From positions 3,724,110 to 3,788,109 of the forward strand of contig CM082584.2 in the NCBI GenBank assembly GCA_040954595.2: DNA of 64,000 nt, read 5' to 3'. Below, piece after piece: positions 50,454-64,000 of this stretch. The notes under the pieces are model-generated. The model had not been told where the DNA came from and ran no database searches. It worked only from the letters and a program-made list of their open reading frames with translations. Each line of letters starts with the position of its first letter. Position 1 is the stretch's first letter. The position numbers and the translations under genes were made by a program. This DNA is from Balanoglossus misakiensis (Eukaryota; Animalia; Hemichordata).

Positions 50454-50502
50454 ATCTCTACAACGCTGTTTCGTGAGTCACTAGACTCACTCATCAGGAG
50501 AT
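50454..50502 (-). ncRNA. Minimal type I hammerhead ribozyme in the Penelope pseudo-LTR
   Basis: Minus strand ATCTC-CTGATGA-GTGAGTC(TAGT)GACTCAC-GAAA-CAGCGTTG-TA-GAGAT: intact CUGAUGA/GAAA core, 7-bp stem II, 5-bp stem I, short stem III, GUA cleavage triplet. Confidence 0.85.
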
Positions 50503-50709
50503 CAAACTGGCGAAAATGCAAGGGGGAAGGCGCGTTTTTATGCAGGTACACAGGTGGTGGAATGTAAGTTGGGGTGGGCCGTTTTGCATGACAATGTGTA
50601 TAGCTGGTGTGTGGGGAGTTTCTAGATTTAATTGTTGCGTAACAATGCTTTGTGTCTGTGTCGACAAGAGGACACAAGTTCGTTTCTTTTATTGAGTGTG
50701 GAAATTTCT

Positions 50710-51215
50710 CGCAGATCATCGACAACCACAACAAACGCATCTTGAAATCGCACGAAAACAAAACAGACGAGACCGACAACACCAAGACTTGCAACTGCCG
50801 ACAAAAGGACAAATGCCCGCTCGACGGTAACTGCCTCCAAAACTCCGTCATCTACCAGGCCACAGTTACGCGCACAGACAACAACACCTCGGATACATAC
50901 GTCGGACTAACCGAGAACGACTTCAAAACAAGATACAGAAACCACACTTCATCTTTCCGACTCGCACGCTCCAGGAACTCCACTGAACTCAGCAAACATA
51001 TTTGGACTCTGAAGGACAACGACATCGCCCACACTATTTCATGGAAAATTTTAGCCAAAGCCAAACCATACAACAGCGCAACCAAACGGTGCAACCTCTG
51101 CTTAACAGAGAAATTTATTATCATTCGCAACCCAGAAATTTCCACACTCAATAAAAGAAACGAACTTGTGTCCTCTTGTCGACACAGACACAAAGCATTG
51201 TTACGCAACAATTAA
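50710..51215 (+). pseudogene. GIY-YIG endonuclease domain (C-terminus of a Penelope-like ORF)
   Basis: CNCRQKDKCPLDGNCL linker, VIYQA...YVGLT...FKTRYRNH, CNLCLTEK, LNKRNEL; the RT part is missing. Confidence 0.88.
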
Positions 51216-51337
51216 ATCTAGAAACTCCCCACACACCAGCTATACACATTGTCATGCAAAACGGCCCACCCCAACTTACATTCCACCACCTGTATGTATG
51301 TATGTATGTATGTGTGTATGTATGTATGTGTGTATGT

Positions 51338-51437
<100 letters not shown>

Positions 51438-51542
51438 ATGTATGTATGTATGTATGTATGTATGTATGTATGTATGTATGTATACGAAGTATGCGGTTCG
51501 ACTGGTCCGATACAAAGTGCTCAATACAAAAGTACAGCAGAG

Positions 51543-51950
51543 TATAAAGAAGGGTAGTAGGAGAAACGAAAGGCGGTGAAATCTCTACAACGCTGTTTCG
51601 TGAGTCACTAGCCTCACTAATCAGGAAACTAAACTGACGAAAATGCAAGGGGGAGGCGCGTTTATATGCAGGTACACAGGTGGTGGAATGTAGGTTGGGA
51701 TAGGCCGTTTTGCATAACAATGTGTATAGCTGGTGATATGCATGTGTTGTGTGGGGGGTTTCTAGATTTAGTTGTTGTGTAACAATGCTTTGTGTCTGTG
51801 TCGACAAGAGGACTGAAGTTTGTTTCTTTTATTAAATGTGGAAAGTTCTCGGTTGCGATTGATAATAAATTTATCTGCGCACCGTTTGGTAGCGCTGTCA
51901 TATGGATTGGCTTTGTAGCTAAAGACTTTTTTGAAATGTCCAAACAAATT
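51543..51950 (-). mobile_element. Second, more decayed Penelope 3' fragment with mutated hammerhead core
   Basis: Diverged copy of 50417-50709 plus ..KANPYDSATKRC..KFII..NKRNKLQSSCRHRHK; the hammerhead core reads CTGATTA at ~51618-51624. Confidence 0.8.
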
Positions 51951-52940
51951 TATACTATACATATGCATTGTAAATCATATCAGGTTCCCATCACGAAGAC
52001 AGAATACAGAAACTGATCACCGTACCTCCCCTCGTACTATCAAGTACTAGAATATTTTACCCGCATTATGACAGCAGAAACACCTTTTCAGAGTCAAAGT
52101 GGCAACTGTCTTGGAATGAACCACTTTGTGTATCTATTTAGAAATTCGGTTGCGCACACCTAGCAAAATCTTCAACTTGATTGAGGGGTGGCTTGTTTAT
52201 GAAGAAGAAGACGAAGCAGCTATTTCAGCATTATATTAATGATAAAATACTTCACGTGCTCGCTTTATTTTTTACACTTTGATTTATTTGACAACATTTT
52301 ACCATAAATAATCATTTAATGCAAATGTGAATATAGCCGACTAATCAGACCAACTATCTCACAGAGAATAGGTTACAATCTAATAATTTCATGTTCAAGA
52401 GAGCAAAATCAACTAGTCAGATAAAACTTTACTAAAAGAAACGGATTACAGTCTCAATCAGGTGCGTGGATATAGTAAACGAATCAAATGATCTCTTACA
52501 GACTATCATTACATACATTACCGGTGAGTTCATAAACACAATGTTTGACATTAAATGCTATTATCAAGTTGTTGCAAGTCGGGTATTTTTCTAATATAAA
52601 TTTTCAGGTCATCGGCCCAATATACCAGCAAACTCGGATAAAAAATTTAAATGACAGGTGAAAAAGTTTTAATGTCGGACCTTACATGATTTTACATTTC
52701 AATATCTGTTCTGCGTGTCATAACATGAAAATTAATGTAAAATTTCAAAGTGTGATGTAATATGAAAAAGACGGTAAACATTTTTTTCTAAAACCATTAA
52801 AACATTAAAAAATTTAAACAACGTGATACTATTTTTTGAACTCATTTCGCTCACGTAATACACAAAGTCTGTCCATTCTGTCGATATTAAACGCTCTATC
52901 AGTTTCTATTTTTAAATAATGAAATGAGCACCTTAATGAT

Positions 52941-53002
52941 TAGTCTGGTCCCCTGCCCCATTCCCACCGCTGGCTGCGCTATGGGGCAGGGGACCCAGAC
53001 TA
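52941..53002. mobile_element. 62-bp hairpin mini-element with TAG...CTA ends
   Basis: TAGTCTGGTCCCCTGCCCCAT ... ATGGGGCAGGGGACCCAGACTA, flanked by CTTAATGAT / CTTAATCGT (7/9). Confidence 0.7.
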
Positions 53003-53820
53003 CTTAATCGTGCCAACATTTTCACATGCATACTTATAAACTTGAACAACCGAGAGGTACTTTTCGGGTACACGTGATGTTTTAAATCTGTTACATGCAA
53101 ATGAAAGTTTACCAAGTTGTACAAATTTTGCTAAACCAATAACAATACAAAAAAATTTAAGATTTCCCACCAATGAATTCATAAAGCTTTTGTCATCAAG
53201 TATTTCTTGTTTGTCCCATAAGGTTATTGAAAAAAATATTTTTTATATATCTTTTAATAAAATTCAGGTTCAACCAAATAAGATATTTTACAACGTAAAA
53301 ATACATTACAGTAATAGAATAAAGGCGACAATTACTTTACTTTCTTTTTGTTGCATAAACATTGTAACAGTTTCTTTTGTGGCTTTCTAAAGATTATTGA
53401 ACGTCCGTCAGACCACTGGAAATAAAATGAGCATTTTGGAGATTGTCAAATATTAAGTACAACTGCCTCAGATTGTGTTGGCCGACCACCCCAGCCGTTT
53501 TAACTTTACATTCCCCTTAAGGTGGTATTCTTTATTATCTGGAGCATCCCCCCCAAAAGCGTCGTTTTTATCAATGACAGGTCGATACCCTACAAAACAC
53601 ATACTTTGGGGCGCATTATCCGCCAATAGAATACACACATTGGGCAGAATTCACAAGCAGCCATGACGCTAACAGTTCATCAAACACACCACAAAAATAA
53701 TCGATACCAGACCATAGCTAATATACACCATACTCGGATTAGCCTACAATGGATTGATGAGAGGCAAAAGAGTGGGCGTTACAATTAGCAAAATCCGATA
53801 TGACATTTAGCATTCCCACC

Positions 53821-56800
53821 TTAGCCAGTACGCGCAGTGTTAGAGTCTCCTTCTGTGTTACAACAAAGCCCACGATACAGGCCGACTGTTCCCATGCGCA
53901 GCAGAAATGCCCCGAAAATGAAAACGCCCTGCAAGGTATTGGCAAGGATGAAAATGTAATCCAAAACATCGGCCTGAAAGAAGCCGTCCACAAAACCAAT
54001 AATCCATGTCAACCCCATAACAGTAGACATCTTGATAGAAAAGATTACATGTTTAGCCGTATACGATATCTGTCTATGCTTTTTCATTTCTCTTTCCGAC
54101 GCTAACATGGTGAACACGGTGTATATTAAGCAAACGACATTGAAAAGAACAATGAGGCCAACAGGGCCGAGGAACGTGACAATCAAAGGCGTCAGCCGAC
54201 CGATCCAACATACAGGACCCTCACTGTAACCAACTCGGAAACCATACGGAGCAGTATGATCGATCACTACACAGACTCCAACGAAAACGAATGGTAGCAA
54301 CCAGGCATATAGACAGTAGTACACAAATATGTTGCTATTCCCCAAATCGGCGCGGGTCAGTTGTGTGCGCATGTACACGATGTCAAAGGCCATAACACTC
54401 ATCCAACAGAATGCTGCCAGCCAAATGTAGTGCGATATAATAGCAGCTGTTTTGCACAGCCATGCAATCGCTGTCCATTCTAAGACCGTGATAAACAACA
54501 ACTGTGCGATCAAAAGTGCGATGGCCAAGTTTAGTATAATCTTTCCTGGACGAGTTCTCACCAGTTTGAAAAGAGATATTGTGATGGTTGTGACAGAAAG
54601 ACAAACTATGGACAGAATACAGCCAACAAGAGTTAATAGCTGTTTCAGTTTTGTTTTTGACTTCTTGTTCCAAAACGTGGTCATTCTTTTCTTGGATTGA
54701 CATACGAAGGCTTGGGAACGGTCTTCCGATAGAACAAACTTTTCTTTTGGATATGCCGATGATTCAACTGAAAGAACGTCGTCGCTTACACGGAAATCGC
54801 CTTCAAAAAATCTCAAAATCACTCCTGTACAACTCGTGATAAAATCATCAACGTTTCTGTTCGGAGATTTGCACATTGTGACCATTAGCTGTATGTCTGG
54901 TGAAGCCGAGGCTGGACTTTTATGTGTGTAATGGCATGGTTTAGACACAAATAATTGGGAGCTGTACTTCCATGTAACATTAGCCATCAAGTCTTCATTT
55001 ACAGTTATGTTGGTGTACTTAAATGTGCTAGTCTCAAATGTGACTTGATCGGATTTGTTGCTACAACTGGGTTTCAACATTTCAAAAGTGACCGATCTGA
55101 CGATAAAGTCCATCATCAGCAATTCTGAGCCTACTTGAAACCAGGTTGTTTTACAAGCTGTTGGGAGAAAATCATCTGTAATATTTGATTCAGCGTAAAC
55201 AAGAAGAGACACAGTTACAAGTAGATCATCAAAATCCTCTGTTCTGTCACAATTGTAATGTGAGATGGAAATGTTGTGTGTGTAAATAACAGACAGATTT
55301 CGTATCATTGACGTCACGGTTTTTTCGAGGTTGAACAAATCACAGGCTTCCACTTCCGACGGCAAAGAAACGCGAAAAGTGAGCAAAATGTCGGAATGTT
55401 TATCGTGAGCTAATGTTACAAACGATTCATTTAGCTCTGTCCACTCTGATAAAGGATTCGTTTTATATTTCGTTACCATGCCTAAATTGTAGTTATCAAA
55501 AAATGGTCTCAAAACACATTTTCCTTGGAACATATCATAAATTTGGTCGTGTTCGCAGTTCCACTGCTCTTGAAGAGCAATGTCGGAACTTTGAGATGAC
55601 AGTCGATGTTCTCCCTGTGCGTTGAAGTCGAACAGTATATCAAATGTGGGGTTTAGTTTACCGTCATCGACTATATACCCAATTGGAGGTAAACCGCATC
55701 CTATATATGAAGAATATATTTCAACGTCATTGCATATTGCACAATGAATGTTCTTGTAATATGTTACCCTTTTTCCTCTACCTATGCTAATTACTGCTGA
55801 ATAACTGTGACACAGATTAACAATTGTGTCATTGTGGTAATCAGCACTGCAGGTATCAACGGGAATGAAACATTCAGTTACACCGTGCCTGAGACTGTCA
55901 TCGATGTACGGTATCACTGAACACAATTGTGATGACCTCACGAAGGAGAGGGAAGAGGAGATATTAGCATAAAAATCGTGCAGCAATTCTACTCCTACCG
56001 TACACTCCCACTCTAACGGCGAAAAGTGTAGGCTTGATTCATTCACACCATTACAAATAGCGCAGTAGATATTGTTGTACACCACTTGCACTTCACCGAC
56101 AGAGTCAATCATTGGAGTCACATCCAAAATGGACGCATCTGTCATAAAAATGCAAAATACATTTTACGTTGTTAGCAAGGCCCGCGAGTCGGAATTAGTC
56201 CTTTTCTCTTGATTCGAATTCCCCTTACAACAACAGGTTGTATTACAGAACCGTTGTGCTTTGTATATAAGCAGCATTCTATAGTCTCCCCCGGCCAGTA
56301 GGAATGACGAACAAACGGCGATGCCAAACTTGCATATATACCGCTAGTTACGGTTGATGACGTAGAACAGGGGGTATGTGAATTTTTTTTCTGTCTAGGC
56401 CTACGCCACACCGGTGAACATATGGGTCAATTCATGTGATAAAATGGAGTATATGTAAATATAATTAATTTTTCTCAGTTAGTAACAAGACTAGTTTCGA
56501 AAATTGAAATACACAGAAATAGGATAATACCAGCTTTATCTGTAGATTTAGTCCTGTTTGCAAAGGTACCTTCAATTTTAGGCTTCTGCATCATTGTGTC
56601 AATATTTCAGCGTGGGGAGAGCAAGTTCGCGATTTGTAGCCTTCACGACGAATGGTAATCTGACCATAGTATTGATGATGCCCGAACCGAACGTTCTCTG
56701 TGCATGCAAGCTCTTTTTCGAATATGATTTTAAAAACACAAGAATAGTCTAAAACGAGATTATGCAACAAATCGGAAATACACAGTCTAGTATTCGGTCA

Positions 56801-58040
56801 AACATCGTGAAGATTGGATTATTTCACCTTGAGTGGAAGAAATATATTTAATATTTTAGCAATCAATAGTTAGGATATATCGATGAAATATGCTTGGGCC
56901 GGGTAAGTCATCTCAATGGAAATGTCAGACGATCGCTCATAGACGGGCGCTTTGTGTTTCCCCTGTTGGTCGGTAAACCAATCTGATTAAAATCAGACGT
57001 AGGGTACAGCGACGTCTTTTGCTTACGCGATACGGTATTCTTATGCTGTAGGCGACAGCGTAAGCAGAAGACGTCGCCATACCCTACATCTGATTTAAAT
57101 CAGATTGTCAGCAGATGTGACAGGCGGGCACCTTTAACGTGCATCGCTTAGAGTTTTGCAAAGCAGAACCGAAAAGTTCAACCTGACAAAAAGTGAGAAA
57201 AGTAACATTGGTCTTACCACTGGCGGTTTCACACTGTTGTCGGACATTCTCGTGTGGCCAGTCTCTGGGACATTTGTGCGTCGCCATGACGTCATACACC
57301 CCGCCGGTAGCGCGCATACAATACTCTGGCACCCATATTTCATCCGGCTCAGGCACCTGTCTACTGTCACCAAAGCATCTGTCTATGTAATCGTGACAGC
57401 AGTCTTCGCGCACTAAGCATTCAGGCTCACAGCTGCACATCGAATTGTCATAAACTCTCAATTTCACGGTGGCGGGGCCGTTGCAAACCAGGCCCCTCGG
57501 CGTGAGGCACGAGTCCATACGAAATCCCGTGTTTGGATAACGGCACTGCAGTGACGACTCTGCATCCAAAAAATAATTTCGAGGAGCTAGAGTTGGCGCG
57601 GCTGTGCTGCTTGACGTCACTGGCGGTCGGGAACGTGTCATTGATGATGATGAGAAGGATTTCGCCGTAGTCGTTAAGGTTTTCGTTTCTTGGGACTGTG
57701 GTTGACTGGTTGTTGTCAGAGGCCTCCCGTGGACGAAAGAGTCTTCAATCGTTGTCGACTGCAATGTAGAACGACCCGTCGCTAGATCTGAGGCTACGCT
57801 AGGCTTGGGTGTAGTGCTTAGTGGAGATATTGGCACGGTCTTCGTGATTATTCTGGGGGTCTGTCGAGATGGTTTTGTGACAGACGCGCTCGTGAAGTCA
57901 TCATCATGTTTCTTGTTCGTCATTCCAGTGGAACTCGAGGGCGTCGTTCCATAGCCTGTATCAGTTGTACGCGTCCACGCCATCATCGTATCTCCTTTGA
58001 TGATTAAAACCAAGCAGCAAAAACACCAAACTGCTTTCAT
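53821..58040 (-). CDS. Class B (secretin/adhesion/Methuselah-like) GPCR with Ser/Thr stalk and somatomedin-B domain; 2 coding exons
   Basis: Exon 58040-57218: signal-like MKAVWCFCCLVLII, S/T-rich stalk, CSCEPECLVREDCCHDYIDRC. Phase-1 GT-AG intron. Exon 56138-53821: seven hydrophobic segments (GCILSIVCL, NLAIALLIAQL, HYIWLAAFCWM, CW, GP, MGLTW, NTLQGVFIF). Confidence 0.85.
56979..57107. mobile_element. 129-bp hairpin mini-element in the GPCR intron, same family as 12601-12673
   Basis: CAATCTGATTAAAATCAGACGTAGGGTA...TACCCTACATCTGATTTAAATCAGATTG, with further internal pairing. Confidence 0.72.
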
Positions 58041-60484
58041 AATGTATGCGTCATTCAATCTGGAATAACACCCAGAAAGAAAGAATTTAGGAATAAGGCA
58101 AAATTGACTTTGGTGATTTCTGAATTTTGTCGGCCATTTCACATCCAGACTAAAAATCAGACCAAACCCGAAACACGTAATAGAGCGCCCGATGTAAAAT
58201 TAGAAAAAGTAAGCAGCCAATACTATGCAAACATAAACATATCAAGACATCAGAGTACGTTTTACTTTTATATTTGACTCTGTGAAGTTTAAATCAAGAC
58301 CCACCGCTACGCTGCATACAATGACATGTAGATCAGTTTAAGTACTTTTGGTAATTATCGTTTTCCGCCGGCTCGTTTCAAAAATACAAATACGAGCATT
58401 ATCTGCGGTGCTGTTACAGTCGCCGTGCACGACGCTGAGCGCAACAATTGCATGCTGAGAAACATAGTCGAATTTTCGGGCTTTGATTCGACTCGCAAGT
58501 AAATGCATTTTAAGTGTATATGCATTTGCGTGTCATTGAAAATCCGCTAGCAGTTGAGTATACTCACCACAATTGAGAACAAGTGTTTTGTTCAGTCAGT
58601 TGCGTGGTTAACCTATGTTAGTGGCTTGTTGAGTGCTCCCTGAAAATCTTCCCTCAAAAGGTTCGTCTAGAGTAGGTATGACAGATTCGAGGTATATATA
58701 TATGTGTGTGTGTGTGTGTGTGGTGTTGGTAAATGATTAAATTGATTGGTCGACATCTTCCAGGCTGATATTTTCTTATGAGCTTCCTTAGATATCGACT
58801 AGCCAATAGAAATCATACAACTGTACATAAAATTCATATTAACGTTTACAACCACTTTTATCCATCATTATATTATAGTATAATCAATACAATTCCTGTC
58901 TATGGTAATTTAAAGATTTTTGAAGTCTGCAAATTCACTGGCATTGACAAAACTATAAAAGAATAAGAATAATGTACGCCCCAAAGAACACATTGTACTC
59001 CATAATGACGTATAATAACGCACAATATGTACTTTCGTCCATTATGGGTCTTCGACGCGTACATTATCCTCTAAATAAATTCAGTATAATTTTCTACAAA
59101 ATTATACTGAATCAAATCATCCCCAAATTAGCCTGTATGTTAATCCGATACGTCTACAAAACGCCTCGCTTCGATTATGCTTGACTACATAGAAACCGAC
59201 ATGTACAAGGTTGGCTGTTTAACTTTTTAACAACACCCACATACCTTGAAAAAGTCAGCTTACTTTCTGTTGCTGTTCATCAGATTTCGCTATCATACAG
59301 ACGCGATGCTGCTGTGGCTCGTAGAGAGTGGTTCGTTCAAAAGCCAGGGAGGCCAGCACTCAATACACAGACGGGCAGTAGTACCATGTAACGCATTGTG
59401 ACCCAGTTTTTGATATACCAAACGTGTAGTGGCTATATAGTAACTATCTTCAGATCGATTCCATGGACATTTGAGGGAAAAAAACTCAAAACGCGACACT
59501 TAGCCTACTGTATTAGGCCTGGAAATTTTCGCGTAAGCTTACCATGCGCACGCAAAACCTCAATCGCTTTAACGCCTCCCCACATACACTACGTAACACA
59601 CCTGTTAAGATTAATTTGATATCATTGCGACACGCCTGTCAAGCGTGGGCGATCTTGTAAGGCCTAGCAGGGCGGTCTAGAACTACCTGCCCACGACATG
59701 ATTCATTTAGGAAGAGGGGTGGCCAACCAAATTTCACAGTCAGCATTGAATAATAAGCCTCCTTTGACACAATTTTGTTCGTTCATTTTACTGAATCGAT
59801 GTCATGATACACACAGCTCCAATGGTGATAAAGTCTGTGGGATCGTGGTTTAAGTTATAACATATATATATATATATATATAATGTCCGCTTTGTTTAGA
59901 CGACAATCGCGATCGCGGTGTCGACAACTTTTTGCTGGGCCGTTGATGCTAGTCGAAAATGCCATAGGAAATTAAAGGAATTGCTGAAACGATAAAAAAT
60001 CGACCGTATGTCTTGATACTTTAGATTATGTATCAGTTCGACTCCGTCTGTAGTCGGTTTCCCCTATTTATAGGGAAGTTCGGCCTTAAACGTATAAATT
60101 GTATGGTTTTCGATCCTATCCTACAGGTCTTAATGGAAGACATTATTTTAGCATATTACATTCTACATCAAACCAAATCTGATTTTTTTAGATTCAAGTA
60201 AAGCTTGTGATACTTTTGACCATCAGAATTTTGTTTACTTACAAACACATAAAAATACACAAGTTGTGGACGACACACCATTATTTTATCTGTCGAGAAT
60301 ATTGTTCGTCATGCCATTAATATTGTCAAACAAGTGTGTTAATTGTAGAAACCCAACTAAATACACAAACAGTTGGCCTTCGGATTGGCAAAGTATCGAC
60401 CAAAATTCGTGTAATAACCCCTGAATATCATACACTTTCTACCATGAAGTACATGTACTACTTAAGCCAGTCAAGCCCCTATCT

Positions 60485-61131
60485 TTACGAGTGTAAATCT
60501 TGGCGTTGCTGGTCCAGGTGTATTTTCAATTCAGCTGATTTCTGCGGTCGTTCACTTCCTAGAGAAGGTGTCTCACCTTCATGGTCAATACTCAATGATA
60601 TATATTGTTGGTGCAATTTTCGGTTGGAGTTGAGGCGGCAATTTGCCTCAATGTTTTCCCGTGCATAGTAGAGCTGATCTCTTGTAATTATGGATAATTG
60701 TAACTTGGAGAAGTTTGCATTCATACTGCCATGCCACAATCAGGTACAATTTGTAATTAGGCTAGCATTCAGTATACTGAATTTGGATCTTTACATATAA
60801 ATGTATCTCTTTTGGACCGCTGTAAACGTTTACATAGAAAAAATATGAAATAAAATAAGTATGATTTACCAAAGGCTTTGAAGCGGCTTGTGACTGAGAG
60901 ATCAAACATGGTACAGAAGGTCACATGATTCAACCAAAATGATGGGTAAAATGAACCGACTGTCTAAGTAGCGTAAATTCAAGCGGAGCGAGAAAAAGCT
61001 TTAAAGCCCTTACAGCTGCCAAATTTCACATATTTTTTTCGCAGTGAAACACTTCGAATATATTCCTTTTCTTCTAAAATTTTCACCATTAAGCCATATT
61101 ACTTGCATCTGCATAAGTTTTTCATCTCTTG

Positions 61132-61163
<32 letters not shown>

Positions 61164-61304
61164 ATGTATGTATGTATGTACGTATGTATGTATGTATGTA
61201 TGTATGTATGTATGTATGTATGTATGTATGTATGTATGTATGTATGTATGTATGTATGTATGTATGTATGTATGTATGTATGTATGTATGTATGTATGTA
61301 TGCC

Positions 61305-61361
<57 letters not shown>

Positions 61362-62917
61362 TGTATTTTGAGCCGCAGGAAGGCTCTTTTGCATGAATAA
61401 TACAGACTTCCCGAAACTTAGATTAGCATCTGATTCAATTCATGACATCGAATACGTTTATCGTGGGGAAAATAGTTCATAGTATTTACCTTCGGCATGC
61501 AAGAACATAAAACATATTTACACATTCTGGTGAAGTACGTGAAAATAAAAAGTCGCGTAAATTTGTTTTGAAGATAACGATGCAGTGAATGAAATAAGAG
61601 AACGCGAAATAAATACTCACGAAATAGTGGCCTCTCTCGATGTCGCGAAAATTTCAACTCGCGAAAATAAAGTGCTTTACAGTACTTATGGGATCGAACA
61701 CATAGTGAATTGTAGTATTTTATTATAGGCCTATGCAGTCACCAAATTTACCGCCAGGCTATCATTCTCTAATGGCGTGTGGAATGATATACTTTTAACC
61801 ATTTGATTTTTTTGTCAGACGTTTGTCAGACAAGAAGCACAGCGTACGATTGGAAAGAGCCATTTACACATCACAGTGTATCTACAGTATATGTACTACA
61901 GCACAGGATTCAGAAATGGCCAATGAAAGTTGACACTTGTTGCAAAATGATATACATGTACAAAACAGCTTTTCTTCTGCCTAATCAAAACAACTTTATC
62001 TGAGTGTGTGGCAATTTCATTTTTGTTCACCTTTCAAATCGGTGGTGTGGTGCTGTATGCGAGCAAAGTTGTCCAATTCTTTCCTCCACTGAATATGCGC
62101 GGGTGTGTTGTTCGGTGTAAAACTGGCACGTGCAGCGGTCAAACAAAAGAGTTGTAGTTATAGGTACTTGCAAATCTAGTACAATATTACAGTCGCATTA
62201 CAAAGATCTGTCGCTGAGAAAAAAGGCGGGACACAGAACATTACATTAACGTCCGTTCACTACTCTCGAGACCGGCCTTGTAACCCTGGCGACGGCGCCT
62301 TCGGGGATTTTGAGACCAGGTGGCGCGCTTGGATGTTGTTGAGTGGTGGTTTATTCGGCGGCATGGGCAATGGTCGTCCTATGACTCGGCCATTTTGGGG
62401 GCTCTCTGGCGGTTTGGGCGTTATTGTGACGTCATTGTGATTGACTTCTCCGTTCGTCAACGGCGTCTGTGGTTTCTCGGCTTTGAGGTGTCAGCGAAAA
62501 AAATTGGACAAATATGGTGATAAGGGTGATTTTTGCATATATCACGTCTCTTGGGAGGTTGGTTAGCCAATAGAGGTCATTCCCACCAACCACAATTCAC
62601 GCGTTTTTGCTAAAATCAAGGAAAAAACTGAATTTGAAGGGCTTCAAAAATATGCATTCTCAGAAAAAGCGCCAATCATGGGTTATTGGTAATAAAAACG
62701 AAATTGAGGAAAATGTCATAGGTTGAGGGCACCATTCATTGGAGAATAACCGGTCTCCCAATCTTATTAAAATCTAGATGTACCGGCCGACCAGGCACTC
62801 CTTGCTGAGTTGTAATTCGGCTTGAAATGTAAATTCAGCATCTCGTCTCGAAGATCCAACATTTCCTTCGTTTCCCGGAGATTGGGTAGACTTCCTTGTC
62901 TAGTAACGTTGGATTGG
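60485..62917 (-). CDS. Possible 3' exons of an unidentified gene (low-complexity, Pro-rich)
   Basis: GC-richer open segments ~62917-62785 and ~62480-62264 join in phase through GT-AG; further candidates at ~62122-62030 and ~60705-60485. No recognisable domain. Confidence 0.3.
61132..61360. repeat. Compound microsatellite (TG)n-(TATG)n-(TCTG)n
   Basis: Direct reading of the sequence. Confidence 0.97.
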
Positions 62918-63683
62918 CTGAAAAAATGGACAAGAAAGGGTTGACTAAACACAATTGTAACACAATATTGTAAATTTACATTGAAGTAACTTTTAAGGGA
63001 TTAGACGTTTTCTTCACGGGCGACAAATAGCGGACTGCGAGAAAGCCCGCTAAGTACCCCTTCCTCTTTTGTTCGTTACCGCATTTGTCTCTTAATAACT
63101 GTCGCGTTGATTTTTCGTGCTAAGCCAATTAACTTTTGACGTCACATGGACGTCACCCTTGCTGAAAAAAAACACAAGACTCGCTTACCAATGTTTACTT
63201 TATCAACTTAATCCGTGGATGGGGCACACAGATTCAGACGTTAGCAGGTGTTTAATGGGAAATACGATAGCTTTTATTTTGGATTAGCAACTGATAAGAC
63301 AGTTTGGGAAGTAATGTTTATTGGGGGGAAATGCAGATCGGAACTCCGCCATTTATTATTTAAATGTTTGTAGCCCCTATGAAATAACATGATGAATTAC
63401 TAGGATATAGGCTCTGGCAATGGTTTGTCCGATTTTGTACAAAAGTGCGCAATTTGTTTCTTTGACACATTTCGTTTGCTACATCAATACTTCTAATTTC
63501 CACTTAGCCAAATTTTCGATTTCTATTTTAACAGGTACGTGGATAAATTTTGAATATTTCGTATGTCGTGGCTCAAAATGTGTCACTTGAAGTACATGAC
63601 GCACAACCTTGAACTGACACATACATTTTCCAAATGCGTTTTGTGGCCAGTTGTGAAATGCTATGGTGTATGTAAAGAATGAC

Positions 63684-63684
<1 letters not shown>

Positions 63685-63762
<78 letters not shown>

Positions 63763-63774
63763 CTTCTTCTTCTT
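63685..63774. repeat. (GTT)n-(CTT)n microsatellite
   Basis: Direct reading of the sequence. Confidence 0.97.
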
Positions 63775-64000
63775 CAGATTAAAGGGACACAAACGCCTAG
63801 CAAATTTTCACATATAAAGTATGTACATGTTGATGTGTGCATAATAGTGGGGACCACTCTCAACTGTAGATAATTCAGCAAGCTAGCAAATATGAATATT
63901 TTTTTTCCTCACTGACGCTGTTTTTTCGTTTAAAATATATCTGAAGATCCAAGCGGTGGACACATTTGCTACTGATGTGACTCGGTCACAACTAACTCGG

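Larger units (their letters stand above)
50419..51293 (+). mobile_element. 5'-truncated Penelope-like retroelement with inverted pseudo-LTR
   Basis: 50550-50709 is the reverse complement of 51134-51293; the body encodes a GIY-YIG endonuclease. Confidence 0.88.

Overview
AT-rich, intron-containing animal genomic DNA; an invertebrate deuterostome is plausible but unproven. Bases 1-44.5 kb are a tandem array of one locus. Units A (<1-14422) and B (14423-40075) each carry the same insertion of an ~11-kb AcademHP-type DNA transposon. It has ~335-bp TIRs, TAG...CTA ends, the 9-bp TSD GCCTTATCA, a 12-exon PHD-finger transposase on - and a 6-exon RecQ-like helicase on +. The two genes are mutually interleaved, each with exons inside an intron of the other. 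The unit B copy also carries a young Gmr1-like Gypsy LTR retrotransposon (PR-INT-RT-RH order, tRNA-Pro PBS, 5-bp TSD), whose empty site is visible in unit A. The array amplifies an intronless HHxxxDG condensation-type acyltransferase: one truncated and two full 487-aa copies. The rest holds TTAA-flanked MITEs, tiny hairpin elements with 9-bp TSDs, a probably secreted TNF-receptor-like gene, a Penelope-like fragment with an inverted pseudo-LTR and a hammerhead ribozyme, an SMB-domain class-B-like GPCR and microsatellites. All exon structures, alignments and counts were made by eye; no database search was run.
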